A stretch of DNA of 64,000 nt, from the IMG/VR virus record IMGVR_UViG_3300020404_000006. One strand, given 5' to 3'. Shown here piece after piece: positions 61,680-64,000 of the stretch. The position numbers and the translations under genes are program-made. The notes beneath the pieces were generated by a model that was not told where the DNA came from, ran no database searches, and saw only the letters and a list, made by a program, of their open reading frames with translations. The first letter of the stretch is position 1, and every line of letters starts with the position of its first letter. Source of the DNA: a virus.

Positions 61680-64000
61680 GCATCTCCTCCGTTGGATCCA
61701 CCATTGCCACCATGAGACCCGCCATTGCCATTACCATTACCATTACCGCCATTGCTACCATTACCGTTCTTTCCTTTAGTTTCTTCTGATTCGTTTTCTG
61801 GTTTTAACATTCCACCATATCCTACACGATATCCTTTAGGAATGGGACGACATTTCTTCATATCATTACAATAGTATTCACCTTCACCACACTTTTTCTT
61901 TCCCTCACTGATGCCTGCTTTCCTTAATCTACTTGCCTGACTAGAGTGCATCTTTACTGCAGCATCTAATTCTTTGGCAATCTTTTTAACACCTTTAGGA
62001 ACTTCTTTTGTTTCAATTACAGGAGTATACTCATCCTTTAAATGATCTGGAATGATGTCAGACACATATCTTTGATGCTCTTTTCTCTGTAAGAGTCTCC
62101 TCCCTCTAGCACCAGCATCCATAGCTTTCATAGGCTGTTTCAATACTGCCTTTTTTCTTTTGACTGCCGCCACCATACCACCAAGTTTCTCAGAAATCAA
62201 CTCACCTGTCTCTGGTTCGTAACCACAGTTCCATGCTCTGAGAGACTTATTGATTCTAGAATCAGGATCTCTTGCAGTCTTAGCTGAGGTAAGTTTCTTT
62301 TTCATACCTTTCATTCTTGCACAGAATGATGCTCTTCTCTTGTTACCTTTCTTTTTACTAGGTGCTTTTAGATCTGAGCCTGGGTTCTCACGTTCGTAAG
62401 ACTTACGACCCTTCTCATTCAAACCACCTGACGAGTTCTTACCAGCCTTTCTTGTCCATGCTGCAGCCTCTGTCATAGAAGTATCAGGAGTGTAGTCTGC
62501 TGCAAGATTTCTATAGTCTGGTTCACCCTTCTTTACTGTTCCCTTTTTCTTTGCCATGTTGGCAGGGTCTTTTGGTTCTTCTTTTGGTTTGCTCCTTGTA
62601 GGATCAATAGAACCCTCAGTAAATTTTACAGGACTTGAGACAGTTCCCTTTCCATCAACGTATCTTGTGACTCTAGGGTTCTTTTCATCATCATTTCTAA
62701 AATCCTTATGTGTCTTCTTCCATTTTTTCCTTGACATCTCAACAGTTTCTTTCAACTTTTTCTTTCTAGACACCATCATATCTTGCAATCTATTTTTCTT
62801 AGAGATTGCAATAGCAGCCTGTTGTGCTGGATTTTTTGCCTCATCCATCGTATTCTTTCTCACATACTCTTTTCCACCAGCCCCTATGTCAGTAACCTTG
62901 ACTCCAATTTTTTTATCAGGATTCAGTTTCACCTTGACTACAGGTTTTTTTGCCTCACCCATCATTTTAGGACCGCCTGCTTTCTTCTCTGCAACTTTCT
63001 TCTCATTAGAATTCTCATTGCCTATGGCAAGATTCCTCATCTTCTGTTTCTTCTGTGCATCCTTATGCTTCTTAGGATCAATCTCAAAGCTATCGTTAAT
63101 CTGAGTAGTAGGATTTAGATTTTCTTTCTTCGCTTTATCTTGTCTCCTCTTCTTTTCTTTCTGTATTCTCTTCAACATAAACTTATTAGATGGCATACTC
63201 TGATCCATCTTACTAAACTTATCGTGAAGTCTATCTAAGTTGATGTCAGTCTGTCTGTGCATCTTAGCATCTTCTAAGATAGCAGCGAATTGTTCTTTTG
63301 TGAGTTTGCCAGTTTTCACGATCTTGTTACCTACAGGATACTTAAGGTCTTTTTTCTTTTCTGGATAATATTTATCAGTAAACCTAGATCTGTTACCAGA
63401 TTCTACTTGTTTCTTTGCAGTTTTCTTTTCCACTCTGATCTTAGCAGCGTCTTTGTAAGACATATCAGGATGGTCTTCGTGTTTGTCAGGATGATTAGGA
63501 TGATCCTTAGATACCTTCTCTTCGTTCACCTTTTTCTTTTTATCCGTACTAACATATGTAGGTTTTGCAGCACCTGACTTTGATTGTTGGCCTGGATCTG
63601 CTGCCTTCTTTCTTCTTGCCGCAGACTTTCTTTCTGCCTTGGTCATACTCGCACGTTTAGATGATGACACACACTTGGGAGTACCCTCGCCTGGTTCGTC
63701 ACTAGCACAGGTTCCACCTGTAACTACGTTGACCCAACCACCTTTACCATCTTTTGATTTAGATTTACCAAACCAATCACGGAGGCCTTCTTCTGTGGTT
63801 AGTGTTCTAGATCTTTTTGGGAGGGAAGATTTAATATTTTTACCAGCACCCTTTATAGGTTTAGTGACTGTCCCTAGTGCCTTGTCCACAGTTCTTCCAA
63901 CCATTCTACCTTTTAGTCCAGCGAGTTCGCCACCAGCGATTGATCCTAAAACTCCTCCAGCTAATCCCCCTGCAGCAGTGCCTGCGAGAGGCACTGCACT
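61676..64000 (-). CDS. Large modular Lys-rich protein, N-terminally truncated by window (candidate internal head polyprotein)
   Basis: Frame open to base 64000 (AGT GCA GTG...); modules such as AAAWTRKAGKNSSGGLNEKGRKSY...SFCARM...WNC and GLRDWFGKSKS...; Gly-Asn tail. Confidence 0.75.
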   Translation of the reverse strand, partial: SAVPLAGTAAGGLAGGVLGSIAGGELAGLKGRMVGRTVDKALGTVTKPIKGAGKNIKSSLPKRSRTLTTEEGLRDWFGKSKSKDGKGGWVNVVTGGTCASDEPGEGTPKCVSSSKRASMTKAERKSAARRKKAADPGQQSKSGAAKPTYVSTDKKKKVNEEKVSKDHPNHPDKHEDHPDMSYKDAAKIRVEKKTAKKQVESGNRSRFTDKYYPEKKKDLKYPVGNKIVKTGKLTKEQFAAILEDAKMHRQTDINLDRLHDKFSKMDQSMPSNKFMLKRIQKEKKRRQDKAKKENLNPTTQINDSFEIDPKKHKDAQKKQKMRNLAIGNENSNEKKVAEKKAGGPKMMGEAKKPVVKVKLNPDKKIGVKVTDIGAGGKEYVRKNTMDEAKNPAQQAAIAISKKNRLQDMMVSRKKKLKETVEMSRKKWKKTHKDFRNDDEKNPRVTRYVDGKGTVSSPVKFTEGSIDPTRSKPKEEPKDPANMAKKKGTVKKGEPDYRNLAADYTPDTSMTEAAAWTRKAGKNSSGGLNEKGRKSYERENPGSDLKAPSKKKGNKRRASFCARMKGMKKKLTSAKTARDPDSRINKSLRAWNCGYEPETGELISEKLGGMVAAVKRKKAVLKQPMKAMDAGARGRRLLQRKEHQRYVSDIIPDHLKDEYTPVIETKEVPKGVKKIAKELDAAVKMHSSQASRLRKAGISEGKKKCGEGEYYCNDMKKCRPIPKGYRVGYGGMLKPENESEETKGKNGNGSNGGNGNGNGNGGSHGGNGGSNGGDA

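Noticed and set aside
61684-61765. (CCATTA/CCATTG)n-like repeat
   Set aside because: Encodes the Gly-Asn tail of the last protein; imperfect and coding.

Overview
AT-rich 64 kb fragment of a T4-like marine cyanomyovirus (Kyanoviridae type, resembling P-SSM2/S-SSM7-like phages; no taxonomic search was run). Nearly all genes are on the minus strand. In order: a truncated virion protein; a 2OG-Fe(II) oxygenase cluster interrupted by a circularly permuted (two-piece) tmRNA gene; the baseplate/tail block (gp5, cp12, a lytic-transglycosylase tail protein, gp51, gp26, gp54-like, and gp4-gp2-gp48-gp53 on +); the gp32-gp33-exonuclease-phoH-thyX core; an accessory region (glutaredoxins, talC, ho1, peptide deformylase, PsbN-like, tandem glutamine riboswitches with a nested ORF before DUF4278, carbamoyltransferase, speD, Mom-like GNAT); three tRNAs; psbA; five hli genes; a manA-like structured RNA; an ~11.8 kb glycan-modification island containing nadE; more oxygenases, an orphan Phd-like antitoxin, a peroxiredoxin, a GIY-YIG nuclease, a HAD phosphomannomutase; and a truncated modular Lys-rich protein. 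The strongest finds are non-coding or missed by the ORF track: the phage two-piece tmRNA with a duplicated ANNI tag start, and a 54-codon ORF sitting inside a riboswitch aptamer. All family assignments are from motif recognition by eye.
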